This document shows positions 1 to 7,492 of a stretch of DNA of 49,222 bases, in pieces. Below the pieces are notes generated by a model. That model saw only the letters and a program-made list of their open reading frames with translations. It made no database searches and was not told the origin of the DNA. Source of the stretch: a virus. Made by a program: the position numbers and the translations under genes. The stretch spans positions 1 to 49,222 of the IMG/VR virus record IMGVR_UViG_3300031553_000005; one strand, 5' to 3'. How positions within the stretch are numbered: the stretch's first letter is position 1; the number at the start of each line of letters is the position of its first letter.

Positions 1-95
1 CGTACGCCGACGAGATGGAGCTGCCGGACGCGTCGAAGTACAAGACGAAGGCGGCGCTGCTCGCGGCGATCGAGAAGGCGTTCCCGGAGGAATAA
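1..95 (+). CDS. Duplicate 3' fragment of CDS 48735..49190 (lies in the overlap)
   Basis: Reads ...YADEMELPDASKYKTKAALLAAIEKAFPEE*, as at 49096..49190. Confidence 0.85.
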   Translation, partial: YADEMELPDASKYKTKAALLAAIEKAFPEE

Positions 96-127
96 CGCGA
101 CATGCCCGGCGATATGGACGAGAAGGA
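1..127. repeat. Terminal direct repeat, copy 1 (identical to 49096..49222): circular-assembly overlap or terminal redundancy
   Basis: cgtacgccgacgagatggag...gatatggacgagaagga occurs at both window ends; position 1 aligns with 49096 and 127 with 49222. Confidence 0.95.
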
Positions 128-380
128 GTACGGGGCGCTCCTGACCAAGATGGATAGTGTCCTGGGGCGGGTCGAGGACATGGGAAAGAAGCTCGACCGT
201 GTCCTCGACCCTGAGGAGGGGCTCTATCCCCAGGTGTCAACCCTGCAGACGGCCGCGGAGCAGAACGTGCGGGAACACAGGACGTTCTGGCGTCTCTTCC
301 GAGTTGTGCTCATCGCGCTGGTGGTCATCCTGGTGATACTCGGTCCTGAGGCACTGGCCTGGATCCTGAAGGCGCTCTGA
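102..380 (+). CDS. Small C-terminally anchored membrane protein, first gene of lysis cassette (holin/antiholin candidate)
   Basis: 92 aa; single C-terminal hydrophobic helix FWRLFRVVLIALVVILVILGPEALAWIL; stop is 1 nt before the endolysin ATG. Confidence 0.55.
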   Translation: MPGDMDEKEYGALLTKMDSVLGRVEDMGKKLDRVLDPEEGLYPQVSTLQTAAEQNVREHRTFWRLFRVVLIALVVILVILGPEALAWILKAL

Positions 381-381
381 G

Positions 382-894
382 ATGAGCCTTCGCTTCAAGG
401 CGGGGCGATCATTTGTGCTGCTCGACGAGCTGGAGCGCTGCGACCTGCGGCTCAAGCTGTTGGCTCTGTCGGTGATGGGATTCGTCGATCGCCACTTCCG
501 CAAGGACGTGGTGGTCACCGAGATCTACCGCACCGAAGCCCAGCAGCGATCGTACTACCCGGGCCAACCCTACAAGCCGAGCGTCCACCAGTTCGGCCGC
601 GGGATCGACTTCGGGATCCGGGAGTACCAGGCATCCGAGCTCGACCCCTGGCCGCACCAGACCCTCCAGGGCGTGCCCGCGCTCAAGCCGGGGGAGATCG
701 CCTACCTGGACGCCTTCTTCAGCGCGGTGATCTCCTACGATGACGAGCGGCCGGAGTACGACTCCATGGTCCACCACAACGTCGGGCTGGGAGACCACCT
801 CCACATGCAGGTCTCCTGGAGGGCCACGACCCGGCTGAGGAGCGATCGGGGCCGACTGCAGCTGGTGGGCCAGCAGCTGGGGGTGACGCTGTGA
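382..894 (+). CDS. Endolysin, peptidase M15-like zinc peptidase (VanY / L-Ala-D-Glu peptidase type)
   Basis: SVHQFGRGIDF (H-x6-D zinc ligands) and GDHLHMQV (HxH) motifs; flanked by membrane-protein genes. Confidence 0.75.
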   Translation: MSLRFKAGRSFVLLDELERCDLRLKLLALSVMGFVDRHFRKDVVVTEIYRTEAQQRSYYPGQPYKPSVHQFGRGIDFGIREYQASELDPWPHQTLQGVPALKPGEIAYLDAFFSAVISYDDERPEYDSMVHHNVGLGDHLHMQVSWRATTRLRSDRGRLQLVGQQLGVTL

Positions 895-1118
895 AGCGCC
901 GGACCCTGACCGAGAAGCTGGAGAGCACCAAGCTCCAGCAGAGCTGGTACATCCTGATCGTGGCCACAGTGATGAGGATCCTGGATCTGATCCCTGCCGA
1001 TGTCTGGCTGGGTGCATGCGGGATCTCCCAGGGGATCTACGCCCTGGCCAACGTCCGGCAGCACCAGATCTACGCCCAGGATCAGCCCGACCCCGGGGTG
1101 GGAGTGGACGATCCGTGA
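891..1118 (+). CDS. Holin-like protein with two predicted TM helices
   Basis: GTGA overlap with endolysin stop; 75 aa; hydrophobic segments WYILIVATVMRILDLI and VWLGACGISQGIYALANV. Confidence 0.55.
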   Translation: MKRRTLTEKLESTKLQQSWYILIVATVMRILDLIPADVWLGACGISQGIYALANVRQHQIYAQDQPDPGVGVDDP

Positions 1119-1759
1119 AGCAGACCCTCCTGACCGCGGGGCTGATCCTGTTGGTGGGGATCCTGGCGACCGAGTGGTGGGCGGTCCGGCTCGAGCGGAA
1201 TGCCCTCCTGGCCGTTGAGCAGTACGATCGGAGCCTGCAACAGCTCGCCGAGGGGCGCTGGAGGATCTTGGCGCAGCGGGTGCGGAGCGAGAGAGCCATC
1301 CGGGCGGAGATCTCGGCCGAGAACTCGGACATGGCGCGGGACCTGCGGCGGGCCCGGGCCCGGATCGCCTCCCTCACCCAGGCCACCATCACCGCCCCAC
1401 CGGAGACGCTGGTCGTTTCATCGTCCCCCCCTGAGCGTTCCACAGAAGGGGGGAATCGTCCCGGGATCCGGGAGTACCGTTTCGACTTCGCCGGCGCGGG
1501 TGTCCACGTGAGAGTGGACAGCCTCGATACCGCTCAGGCCTCGATCGACTACCGACCGGTCGACCTCACCACAGTGATCTACCGTCGGCCGGACCGGTCC
1601 TGGTGGGCCGACGTGGAGCTCTCTCCTCCCTGGGAGGTCGGACAGCTGCAGGTGATGGTCCACGATCCGGGCCCGAACTGGTGGGAGCGGAACGACCTAT
1701 GGATCGGGGCCGCAGCGGGGGGGACACTCATCTATCTGCTCGTGCGGGCCGTTCGGTAG
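1115..1759 (+). CDS. Spanin-like / lysis accessory membrane protein (N-terminal TM, Arg-rich helical segment, C-terminal TM)
   Basis: GTG at 1115 overlaps previous stop (GTGA). N-terminus is VKQTLLTAGLILLVGILATEWW, followed by the helical segment LERNALLAVEQYDRSLQQLAEGRWRILAQRVRSERAIRAEI, and the C-terminus is IGAAAGGTLIYLLVRAV. The upstream part of ORF 1016..1759 overlaps the holin and is not used. Confidence 0.45.
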   Translation: MKQTLLTAGLILLVGILATEWWAVRLERNALLAVEQYDRSLQQLAEGRWRILAQRVRSERAIRAEISAENSDMARDLRRARARIASLTQATITAPPETLVVSSSPPERSTEGGNRPGIREYRFDFAGAGVHVRVDSLDTAQASIDYRPVDLTTVIYRRPDRSWWADVELSPPWEVGQLQVMVHDPGPNWWERNDLWIGAAAGGTLIYLLVRAVR

Positions 1760-1771
1760 GTCTACACCCGT

Positions 1772-1797
1772 CAAGGACTCCGCAAGGACTCCGCAAG
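1772..1797 (+). repeat. Tandem 11-bp repeat CAAGGACTCCG x2.3 carrying two TCCGCAA boxes (putative integrase arm-type sites, P arm)
   Basis: TCCGCAA at 1779 and 1790, 11 bp apart. The same heptamer pair with the same spacing and orientation lies at 2044 and 2055, on the other side of the core. Confidence 0.5.
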
Positions 1798-1813
1798 CAC
1801 CTGCACCCGACTA

Positions 1814-1911
1814 TGGTATCTGGTGGTACACCGTGACCGTGACCGACTCCCCCTCGGCCCGCACGTAACCTGAATTGGTGCATGATATGGCGTATCGTGG
1901 TATCTGGTGGT
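1814..1911 (+). repeat. 14-bp direct repeat TGGTATCTGGTGGT (1814..1827 and 1898..1911) inside attP
   Basis: Exact 14-mer twice within 100 bp of non-coding DNA between the lysis cassette and the tRNA-like core; GTGACC GTGACC tandem at 1832..1843. Confidence 0.45.
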
Positions 1912-1928
1912 CATGTGCCCCGACCGGC

Positions 1929-1973
1929 CTCCGGAGCATGAGGTCACAGGTTCGAATCCTGTTCGGGGTACCA
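1929..1973 (+). other. attP core: 3' portion of a tRNA-Arg(CCG)-like gene (anticodon loop to CCA); not an intact tRNA
   Basis: CTCCGGA (loop with CCG anticodon) GCATG AGGTC ACAGG TTCGAAT CCTGT TCGGGGT A CCA. No D-arm and no matching 5' anticodon stem upstream. The fragment ends exactly where the integrase stop codon begins. Confidence 0.7.
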
Positions 1974-3083
1974 TCATAAGCCCTTGCGAGGGCGCGAGAT
2001 ACGGGGACGGGGGCGCTTCGCCCCTGTTTTCGTTGAGGGGGTTTCCGCAAGAATTCCGCAAACCTCGGGACCGTCCAACTCGAAGTGGATCCGCTCGGCC
2101 TCGCGCGCCAGGTGGGGATCCGAGGGGTCGAAATAGTGCCGGCGGATCACCTCCGGAGTGGCTCCGACCAGGTGGGCGAGGGTAGAGACCGGCACGCCCG
2201 ACTCCAGTGCCCGGGTGATGTAGGTGGCTCGGAAGGCATGGATCGTGCCCGAGATCCCCAGCCGGTCAAGGTGCCGGCGGAAGTGGCGGTAGACCACGTT
2301 GCGGTCGGCGAACGGGGCGATCCCGCCGAAGAAGTAGGGGGCGTCTGTGCTCTGGCCGAGGACCCGCTGGAGGGCGATTGTGATCGGGATGGAGCGGGTC
2401 CGGCCCCCCTTGGCCTGGCGGATCTCCAGGTGGTCGCCCTGGACGTGATCGCGGCGGATTGCCAGTGTCTCGCTCAGCCGCGCCCCGGAGTGGAGCAGGA
2501 ACAGCCAGAGCATCCTGTGGCGGCGGTCTCCTCCCACATGAGCGAAGATGCGCTGCAGTTCCTCGTCAGTGTAGGCCCGGCGGCGCCCCTTCCGGGCTCC
2601 CTGCCGGGGCTTGACTGCCGCGGCCGGGTTGTGGGTGAGGGTCCCCATCTCCACCGCCCACTGCAATGCCCGCCGGATGTGCCGCCGATGGACGTCCACG
2701 GTAGCCGGCGCCAGGCCCGATGAGGCCAGCTCTGCCAGGTGCCGTTCAATGTGCTGCCGGTTGATCCGGTCCAGGGTGGCCACCCCGCACGATGAGAAGA
2801 AGCGGGGCAGGACCTGCTGGTCGATCTCCACCGTGGAGGGATGCTTTTCGGCAGCCCGGACTGCCAAGTAGTCCTTCAGAAACCGCCCGAAGGGCAGCGC
2901 CTCGCTCCGTCCGGTCTGATGACGGGCGATCCGCTCCTCCTGGCGGCTGAGCTCGCGTTCGGCCTGCCGGCGCTCCCGGGTGCCGGTGCTGTAGCGGTGC
3001 ATTCTCCCGTCCAGGCTCAGGCTGGCAGGGATGTAGATGTACCAGTAGCCGTTACGCTCGAGGAAGAGGTGGAGGGCGTCCAT
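1974..3083 (-). CDS. int: Tyrosine recombinase / phage integrase
   Basis: SAM-like N-terminal domain, then catalytic residues in order: HSGARLSE (Arg), HAFRATYI (His-x-x-Arg), LVGATPEVIRRHY (His/Tyr). Abuts the tRNA-like attP core. Confidence 0.9.
   Translation of the reverse strand: MDALHLFLERNGYWYIYIPASLSLDGRMHRYSTGTRERRQAERELSRQEERIARHQTGRSEALPFGRFLKDYLAVRAAEKHPSTVEIDQQVLPRFFSSCGVATLDRINRQHIERHLAELASSGLAPATVDVHRRHIRRALQWAVEMGTLTHNPAAAVKPRQGARKGRRRAYTDEELQRIFAHVGGDRRHRMLWLFLLHSGARLSETLAIRRDHVQGDHLEIRQAKGGRTRSIPITIALQRVLGQSTDAPYFFGGIAPFADRNVVYRHFRRHLDRLGISGTIHAFRATYITRALESGVPVSTLAHLVGATPEVIRRHYFDPSDPHLAREAERIHFELDGPEVCGILAETPSTKTGAKRPRPRISRPRKGL
2044..2061 (+). repeat. Two TCCGCAA boxes 11 bp apart (putative P' arm-type sites, inside the 3' end of int)
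   Basis: tTTCCGCAAgaaTTCCGCAAacc; same orientation and spacing as the 1779/1790 pair. Confidence 0.45.
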
Positions 3084-3089
3084 TGATGA

Positions 3090-3335
3090 CTATTCTGATT
3101 CGTGCGGCCCAGCTATCTCCTTCAGGTATCTCAGCGCCTCGCCCATGCCACTGAATAAGGCCCAGATTGTGAGACCCCATAGAAAGGCCCCTCCGGCCAT
3201 AATCCAGTGAAGGTCTGTGATCACTTCCCCGGCGGAGATGACGATCAGAAAGGCGGCGGCGATCCCCGCCATGAGCTGGAAGAATCCTATGCCCTGAAGA
3301 ACGGGCGCAACGCTGGCCTGCTTCTTGGCTTTCAT
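3090..3335 (-). CDS. Small membrane protein (2-3 TM), moron
   Basis: 81 aa; hydrophobic segments GIGFFQLMAGIAAAFLIVISA and GGAFLWGLTIWALFSGM; lower-GC DNA; co-oriented 18 nt downstream of the beta-barrel gene. Confidence 0.6.
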   Translation of the reverse strand: MKAKKQASVAPVLQGIGFFQLMAGIAAAFLIVISAGEVITDLHWIMAGGAFLWGLTIWALFSGMGEALRYLKEIAGPHESE

Positions 3336-3352
3336 CGTGGATTCCCTTCGGT

Positions 3353-3949
3353 TCAGTGTGGCCTCTTCGGCTTGCTGCAGAATCCAGCACTTATCCAGAT
3401 GGTATCTGAGTAGACATCAGCAGATATTCCCAGACCCGATAGCCTCGCGTTGAGTCGATTGATTCGTAATCCAAATCCGAGGGGTGGCGCCATGATAAGT
3501 ATGCCCGCACCGTAGCCGATACCGCCCTCTACGTTGATGCCAGCCTTGGGATCAAAGGTCCACGATGAATAGTTGAGGTTGGCATGGATAGTAAGCCAAG
3601 TCTCTGAATTCTGAAATGTCGTGACGTATGCCGGTCCTACCCAGATAACGCCGTGTTGCAGTGACACATCATATCCAGTGATGGGTCGGTAAACACTGAA
3701 GTCATATCCCATGATTAATCCTCGATCGATCCACCAGAAGACAGTCTGAGTGGAAAAGGACAGCTCGGCGCTCATGTCGAAATCCACGCCCGTCTTCTGC
3801 GACGACATACCACCCATGACTGGGCCCGCGCACAAGGTCCACGCGGAAAGGGCACCCTGGGTGGTATCGGGCTGATTCTGGGCGCAGGCGCGAGGGGTAG
3901 TGAGGGGTGAGACGAAGACTAGAAAAGCCGTCAGGATGACACTCTTCAA
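3353..3949 (-). CDS. Secreted outer-membrane beta-barrel-like protein (OmpX/Ail/Lom-type size), moron
   Basis: TTG start preceded by GGAGGAG. Signal peptide MKSVILTAFLVFVSPLTTPRACA|Q (AxA site). The mature part (~175 aa) has alternating aromatic/hydrophobic strands (YDFSVY, VIWVGPAYV, WLTIHANLNY, GYGAGILI, IWISAGF). One hand-counted 60-nt line was 48% GC. Confidence 0.5.
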   Translation of the reverse strand: MKSVILTAFLVFVSPLTTPRACAQNQPDTTQGALSAWTLCAGPVMGGMSSQKTGVDFDMSAELSFSTQTVFWWIDRGLIMGYDFSVYRPITGYDVSLQHGVIWVGPAYVTTFQNSETWLTIHANLNYSSWTFDPKAGINVEGGIGYGAGILIMAPPLGFGLRINRLNARLSGLGISADVYSDTIWISAGFCSKPKRPH

Positions 3950-3996
3950 GGGGGCTCTCCTCCTCTGGTTGTGGGCCGCCTCAATGTTGGCCGCAT

Positions 3997-4440
3997 CTAC
4001 TTCCCCCTGTCATCCGATCCATCAATCATGCGAGCTAGTTCTTCTAGTATGCGGCGGACGGTTCTGGGTTGCATTCCTCGCACAGGCAAATCGGTAGCCG
4101 ATTCGTGGACGCGGCCATCTCCTACGGAGATCTCTATCCCCTCGTATTCGGCGATGAGCTCGGCCCAGGTGACCCCTAGACCGGTAGCGATCTTTATCTG
4201 GGTTTCGGGGCCGGGCATGACGTGTCCATTCTCGATGCGACTGATCTGACTTGCAGCGACCCCCGACCCCTCCGCCAGCTCTGTCTGCTCCATCCCGGCG
4301 CGAACCCGTAAGCGCTTGATGGCATTGCCCATCTGCTTTCGGTTAATCGGCATGGGCGGAGCGTATTCCGTCCTGCGCGCTTGCGCAATGTGAGAGGGCA
4401 CCACAGCACGGCCAGGAATCATTATTGACTTGTCACGCAT
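3997..4440 (-). CDS. CI-like repressor, XRE-family HTH (start uncertain: 4440 or internal ATG at 4353)
   Basis: NAIKRLRVRAGMEQTELAEGSGVAASQISRIENG helix-turn-helix. Divergent from the 4488 gene. No S24 peptidase motif in the C-terminal part. Confidence 0.75.
   Translation of the reverse strand: MRDKSIMIPGRAVVPSHIAQARRTEYAPPMPINRKQMGNAIKRLRVRAGMEQTELAEGSGVAASQISRIENGHVMPGPETQIKIATGLGVTWAELIAEYEGIEISVGDGRVHESATDLPVRGMQPRTVRRILEELARMIDGSDDRGK
4374..4387. promoter_or_regulatory. Candidate operator, inverted repeat TGCGC-N4-GCGCA (copy 1)
   Basis: TGCGCgcttGCGCA; same half-sites as 4449..4462; lies in the divergent cI/cro region if cI starts at 4353. Confidence 0.35.
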
Positions 4441-4447
4441 ATTTCGC

Positions 4448-4477
4448 TTGCGCGCCCGCGCATCGTTCTTGTATTAT
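4448..4477 (+). promoter_or_regulatory. Candidate rightward early promoter (TTGCGC-18 nt-TATTAT)
   Basis: Hexamers at 4448..4453 and 4472..4477, 10 nt upstream of the 4488 ATG. Confidence 0.3.
4449..4462. promoter_or_regulatory. Candidate operator, inverted repeat TGCGC-N4-GCGCA (copy 2)
   Basis: TGCGCgcccGCGCA, overlapping the -35 of the candidate rightward promoter. Confidence 0.35.
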
Positions 4478-4487
4478 CGCCGCACCT

Positions 4488-4691
4488 ATGGATACCACTG
4501 ACCAGATCATCGGAACCCGCGAAGTGGCCGAGCTCATCGGCAAGTCCCAGCGCTGGGTGCAGATGGAAGCCTCTGAGGGCGGTTGTCTCTCGCACATCGC
4601 GCACCATGCTGGCCGGTGGCTCGTATTCCGCCGCTCGGACATCGACGCTTGGCTGGAGGAGCACACGGTCCAGCCTACGGCGTCGCGCTGA
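4488..4691 (+). CDS. Cro-like / excisionase-family (MerR-type, HTH_17-like) DNA-binding protein
   Basis: MDTTDQIIGTREVAELIGKSQRWVQMEASEG...VFRRSDIDAWLEE pattern typical of AlpA/Xis-type HTH; divergent from the repressor. Confidence 0.6.
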   Translation: MDTTDQIIGTREVAELIGKSQRWVQMEASEGGCLSHIAHHAGRWLVFRRSDIDAWLEEHTVQPTASR

Positions 4692-4724
4692 TCCACCCAA
4701 GGCACTACCCGGGGGGAGGATGCC

Positions 4725-5195
4725 ATGAACTACGACCCATCACGCGATCCTGTCTTCCGGGTCCTCCATGAGCTCTATGGAGAGTCCCGGATCAACGCCG
4801 GCATCATCCAGGAGGTCCTGGGGATGGCCCGGCGAACGGCCTTCAACCGCATGGAAGGCATCACTCAGCTGCGGCCGGGTGAGATCCTCGAGCTGAGCGT
4901 GAGGCTGGGCACGCCCCGCCTGCTCAACGCCTGGCTGCGCCACATGGGCTACCCCTACCGGATCCGGCCGGTCCTCACCGCCGATCAGGTGGCCAGACCC
5001 GAGCACATCGCCCAGGCGGAGGTCCGAGCCCTGGGCAAGGCCACTGACACCTACCGCCGCATCAACGAGATCCTGGCCGATAGCCGTGTGACCCGCGAGG
5101 AGCGAGCGGAGATCCACCGGATGGTCGAGGAGCTGGTCGATGAGACCCTGGCGGTGCCGCTGGGTGTGCTGGGGCAGGAGGAGGCCCTGGTATGA
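4725..5195 (+). CDS. Putative CII-like transcriptional regulator
   Basis: 156 aa. HTH-like IIQEVLGMARRTAFNRMEG, followed by a helical C-terminus. Sits immediately after the cro-like gene. Confidence 0.35.
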   Translation: MNYDPSRDPVFRVLHELYGESRINAGIIQEVLGMARRTAFNRMEGITQLRPGEILELSVRLGTPRLLNAWLRHMGYPYRIRPVLTADQVARPEHIAQAEVRALGKATDTYRRINEILADSRVTREERAEIHRMVEELVDETLAVPLGVLGQEEALV

Positions 5196-5332
5196 CCTGG
5201 CTGCGCCGCATCTGGGAGTGGGCACGGCGAGCATGGCGGGATGCCCGGAGGGTTGGAGGAGTAGCCACTCCTATTGAGAAGGCCACCTGGGCCTATACCC
5301 ACAGCCGCGAGTACCTGGAGGCCCGGGCGTGA
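5192..5332 (+). CDS. Small basic protein (46 aa), not in supplied ORF track
   Basis: ATGA overlap with 4725 ORF stop and GTGA overlap with next start; MTWLRRIWEWARRAWRDARRVGGVATPIEKATWAYTHSREYLEARA. Confidence 0.4.
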   Translation: MTWLRRIWEWARRAWRDARRVGGVATPIEKATWAYTHSREYLEARA

Positions 5333-5568
5333 GCCGATGGCTCAACATCAACCGCGCTGCGGAGTACTTCGACGTCGACCGCTCGACGCTTCGGTCATGG
5401 ATCGATCAAGGCCTGATCCCGCCGGACGCTGTGATGGTGATCCCAAGCGGCAGGCGACCTACCCGACGGATTGACGTAGAGGCGGTGGAACGGGCCCGAG
5501 CCGGCGCCCGGCCCAAGGGCCGTCCACGCACCCTGGACGTCCAGACGTCCCCGGAGGGATCCGGATGA
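5329..5568 (+). CDS. MerR/excisionase-family HTH protein (Xis candidate)
   Basis: WLNINRAAEYFDVDRSTLRSWIDQGLIP, followed by a basic tail. Confidence 0.55.
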   Translation: MSRWLNINRAAEYFDVDRSTLRSWIDQGLIPPDAVMVIPSGRRPTRRIDVEAVERARAGARPKGRPRTLDVQTSPEGSG

Positions 5569-6938
5569 GCCAGGACAGCAGTTCTCGACAGGGGGGAACC
5601 CAACACGAGGGGGAGATCATGAGTGAGACCACCGCGCTGGAGCGGGCCGCACTGGCCGCGCCCAGCGACGAACAGATCGCGCAGCTGAGGGCCAAGGGGA
5701 CCTCCCTGGTCCAATACAAACGCGAGCTCAACGAGCTGACCCGGATGATCGAGGGTCTGGAGTGGGGTAGCGGGAACCAGGTCGTGAAGGGTTCCAACTT
5801 CTCGGTCCAGACTCGCTACGCCCTGGCCCAGCTCTGCCGTATCACCGGGGCCAATCCCATGACCCACATCGACATCTTGGGGGGACGGCCCTACTTCAAC
5901 GCCACCTTCTGGTCCGACCGGATCAGTTCGGACGCCTACTTCCACCACTTCCAGCAGGAGAGCCTGTCTCCCTCGACCGAGAAGGGTCTGCGGGAGAAGG
6001 CCAAGAAGTTCCGAGAGGATGCCGCCGCCCTCAAGGAGGGCAACCCCGTCAAGAGCGCTGAGATGCTCACCCAGGCGATCGACCAGGAGGGCAAGGCCGA
6101 CTGGATGGCCGAGGAGCGCCGGGCCTGGGATGTGCCCGAGTGGGCGCAGGTGGTGGTCCTCACCACGGTCTACCGCTTCATGGAAGCGGCCCCGATCGAG
6201 CAAATCAAGTCCGGGGAGATCCGCGACTTCGAGCGCTACCTGATCCGGGTCGAGGAGGTCAACTACGCCGGCGGGCGACCCAAGGAGCGCAAGAAGAACC
6301 GCCAGACGGGGGAGTGGTACGAGTACCAGTCCGATCCGGTGGGAGAGGCCGAGCCCTCCAAGACCGCCCGGACCCGCTCGCTACGCCGCTGTGCCTCCAG
6401 GGCGTTCAGCGCCTGGATGCAGCAGTACGAGAAGCAGATCTCGAAGGCCGAGAAGGCCGTCGAGGCCGAGTTCGAGGTCGTCGAGGAGCAGAAACAGACC
6501 GAGGCGGAAGTCCTGCCGGGCTCGGGTGAGCCCCAGGCGGTCGCCACCGGCGCCGGGGAGCCCTCCGCGGCCCGGGCTGACCAGGCCCAGGACCTGCCGG
6601 AGGTCGGGGCCGAGCCTCCACAGGCCGAGCCGACCGAGGAGGAGAAGCAGCTGGCGGCCCCGCCGCCCTTCGACCGGGCCGACTGGCACCGGAAGTACTT
6701 CGCGCTCCTCAAGGAGGCGGGGATCGATGATCGGGTCCGGTGGCAGGTCGATAACTACCTGCCCGAGTCGACCAAGAAGTGGGAGGAGTTCAACTACCGG
6801 AAGGCCTGCGGGATCCTCGAGGAGCTGATTCGGGAGGGTGCTGAGGCCCTGGCTGAGGCGAACACGCCGGACCACGCCCGCGAGTCCCTAGACCAGGCAA
6901 GAGAAGAGAAGCGGCAGCGGGATCTGGGGCTCTCATGA
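5565..6938 (+). CDS. Single-strand annealing protein, Red-beta/RecT-superfamily-like, with acidic/Pro-rich C-terminal extension
   Basis: RYALAQLCRITGANPMTHIDILGGRPYFNATFWSDRI and PSKTARTRSLRRCASRAFSAW parallel the lambda Bet segments FIALLIVANQYGLNPWTKEIYAF...GVDGWSRII and HPKRMLRHKAMIQCARLAFGF; sits upstream of nuclease genes. Confidence 0.5.
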   Translation: MSQDSSSRQGGTQHEGEIMSETTALERAALAAPSDEQIAQLRAKGTSLVQYKRELNELTRMIEGLEWGSGNQVVKGSNFSVQTRYALAQLCRITGANPMTHIDILGGRPYFNATFWSDRISSDAYFHHFQQESLSPSTEKGLREKAKKFREDAAALKEGNPVKSAEMLTQAIDQEGKADWMAEERRAWDVPEWAQVVVLTTVYRFMEAAPIEQIKSGEIRDFERYLIRVEEVNYAGGRPKERKKNRQTGEWYEYQSDPVGEAEPSKTARTRSLRRCASRAFSAWMQQYEKQISKAEKAVEAEFEVVEEQKQTEAEVLPGSGEPQAVATGAGEPSAARADQAQDLPEVGAEPPQAEPTEEEKQLAAPPPFDRADWHRKYFALLKEAGIDDRVRWQVDNYLPESTKKWEEFNYRKACGILEELIREGAEALAEANTPDHARESLDQAREEKRQRDLGLS

Positions 6939-7492
6939 GGTTGGCTCCCGGGAAACCGCTACCCGTCCACCTCTGGCGACGGCTCATCGATTACGTCGAG
7001 AGACGGATCGACACAGCCGGAGACTGCTGGCTGTGGACGGGTAGTAGGAACAGGCTCGGCTATGGTCGAATCATCACGTGCGAGGGCAAGGAGAAGAGGT
7101 ATGACCTCCTTGCCCATCGTGTGGTCTACTTCCTCGCTACTGGTCATGACCCCATCGGCTTCCAGGTCTGTCATTCCTGCGATAACCCATCCTGTGTGAA
7201 TCCTGCCCACCTGTTTCTAGGGTCCGCCGCGGACAACGCTGCAGACGCTAAGGAGAAGATGCGCCACCGCCGGGGTGACGATCACGCCTTCGCGAAGCTT
7301 GACACCAAGACGGTGCTACGGGCGAGGCGGGTCTATCGCAATGGCGGCGTGAGCATGCAGGCGATAGCCGAAGAAGTAGGAATCGACCGACGGACGCTAG
7401 GTGAAGCCATCCGCGGTATCACCTGGGCGCACCTCCCCGAAGCAGTGTCCATCGAAGAACATTCCGAAAAGAGGTCATCATGCGTTGCCTAG
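6935..7492 (+). CDS. HNH endonuclease (HNH_3-type) with C-terminal HTH
   Basis: CWLWTGSRNRLGYGRI...LAHRVVYFLATG...VCHSCDNPSCVNPAHL; C-terminus MQAIAEEVGIDRRTLGEAIRG. Confidence 0.85.
   Translation: MRLAPGKPLPVHLWRRLIDYVERRIDTAGDCWLWTGSRNRLGYGRIITCEGKEKRYDLLAHRVVYFLATGHDPIGFQVCHSCDNPSCVNPAHLFLGSAADNAADAKEKMRHRRGDDHAFAKLDTKTVLRARRVYRNGGVSMQAIAEEVGIDRRTLGEAIRGITWAHLPEAVSIEEHSEKRSSCVA

Noticed and set aside
409-1443. 344-aa minus-strand ORF over the lysis cassette, and the similar 33636..34850 ORF over the capsid gene
   Set aside because: Same reasoning: mirror frames of well-supported + strand genes.
1200-1511. Embedded +1-frame ORF inside the spanin-like gene as an Rz1-type o-spanin (Pro-rich, TIGAC lipobox-like)
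   Set aside because: The putative signal peptide (MPSWPLSSTIGAC) has no basic N-region or hydrophobic core. The ORF is long (103 aa) and Arg-rich, like other spurious GC-rich frames.
1886-1973. Possible intact tRNA gene
   Set aside because: Only the anticodon loop, variable loop, T arm and acceptor 3' strand are present. GCCCCGA at 1916 could pair with the 3' acceptor, but just 23 nt separate it from the T stem, leaving no room for a D arm and no 5' anticodon stem. I interpret it as an attP core.
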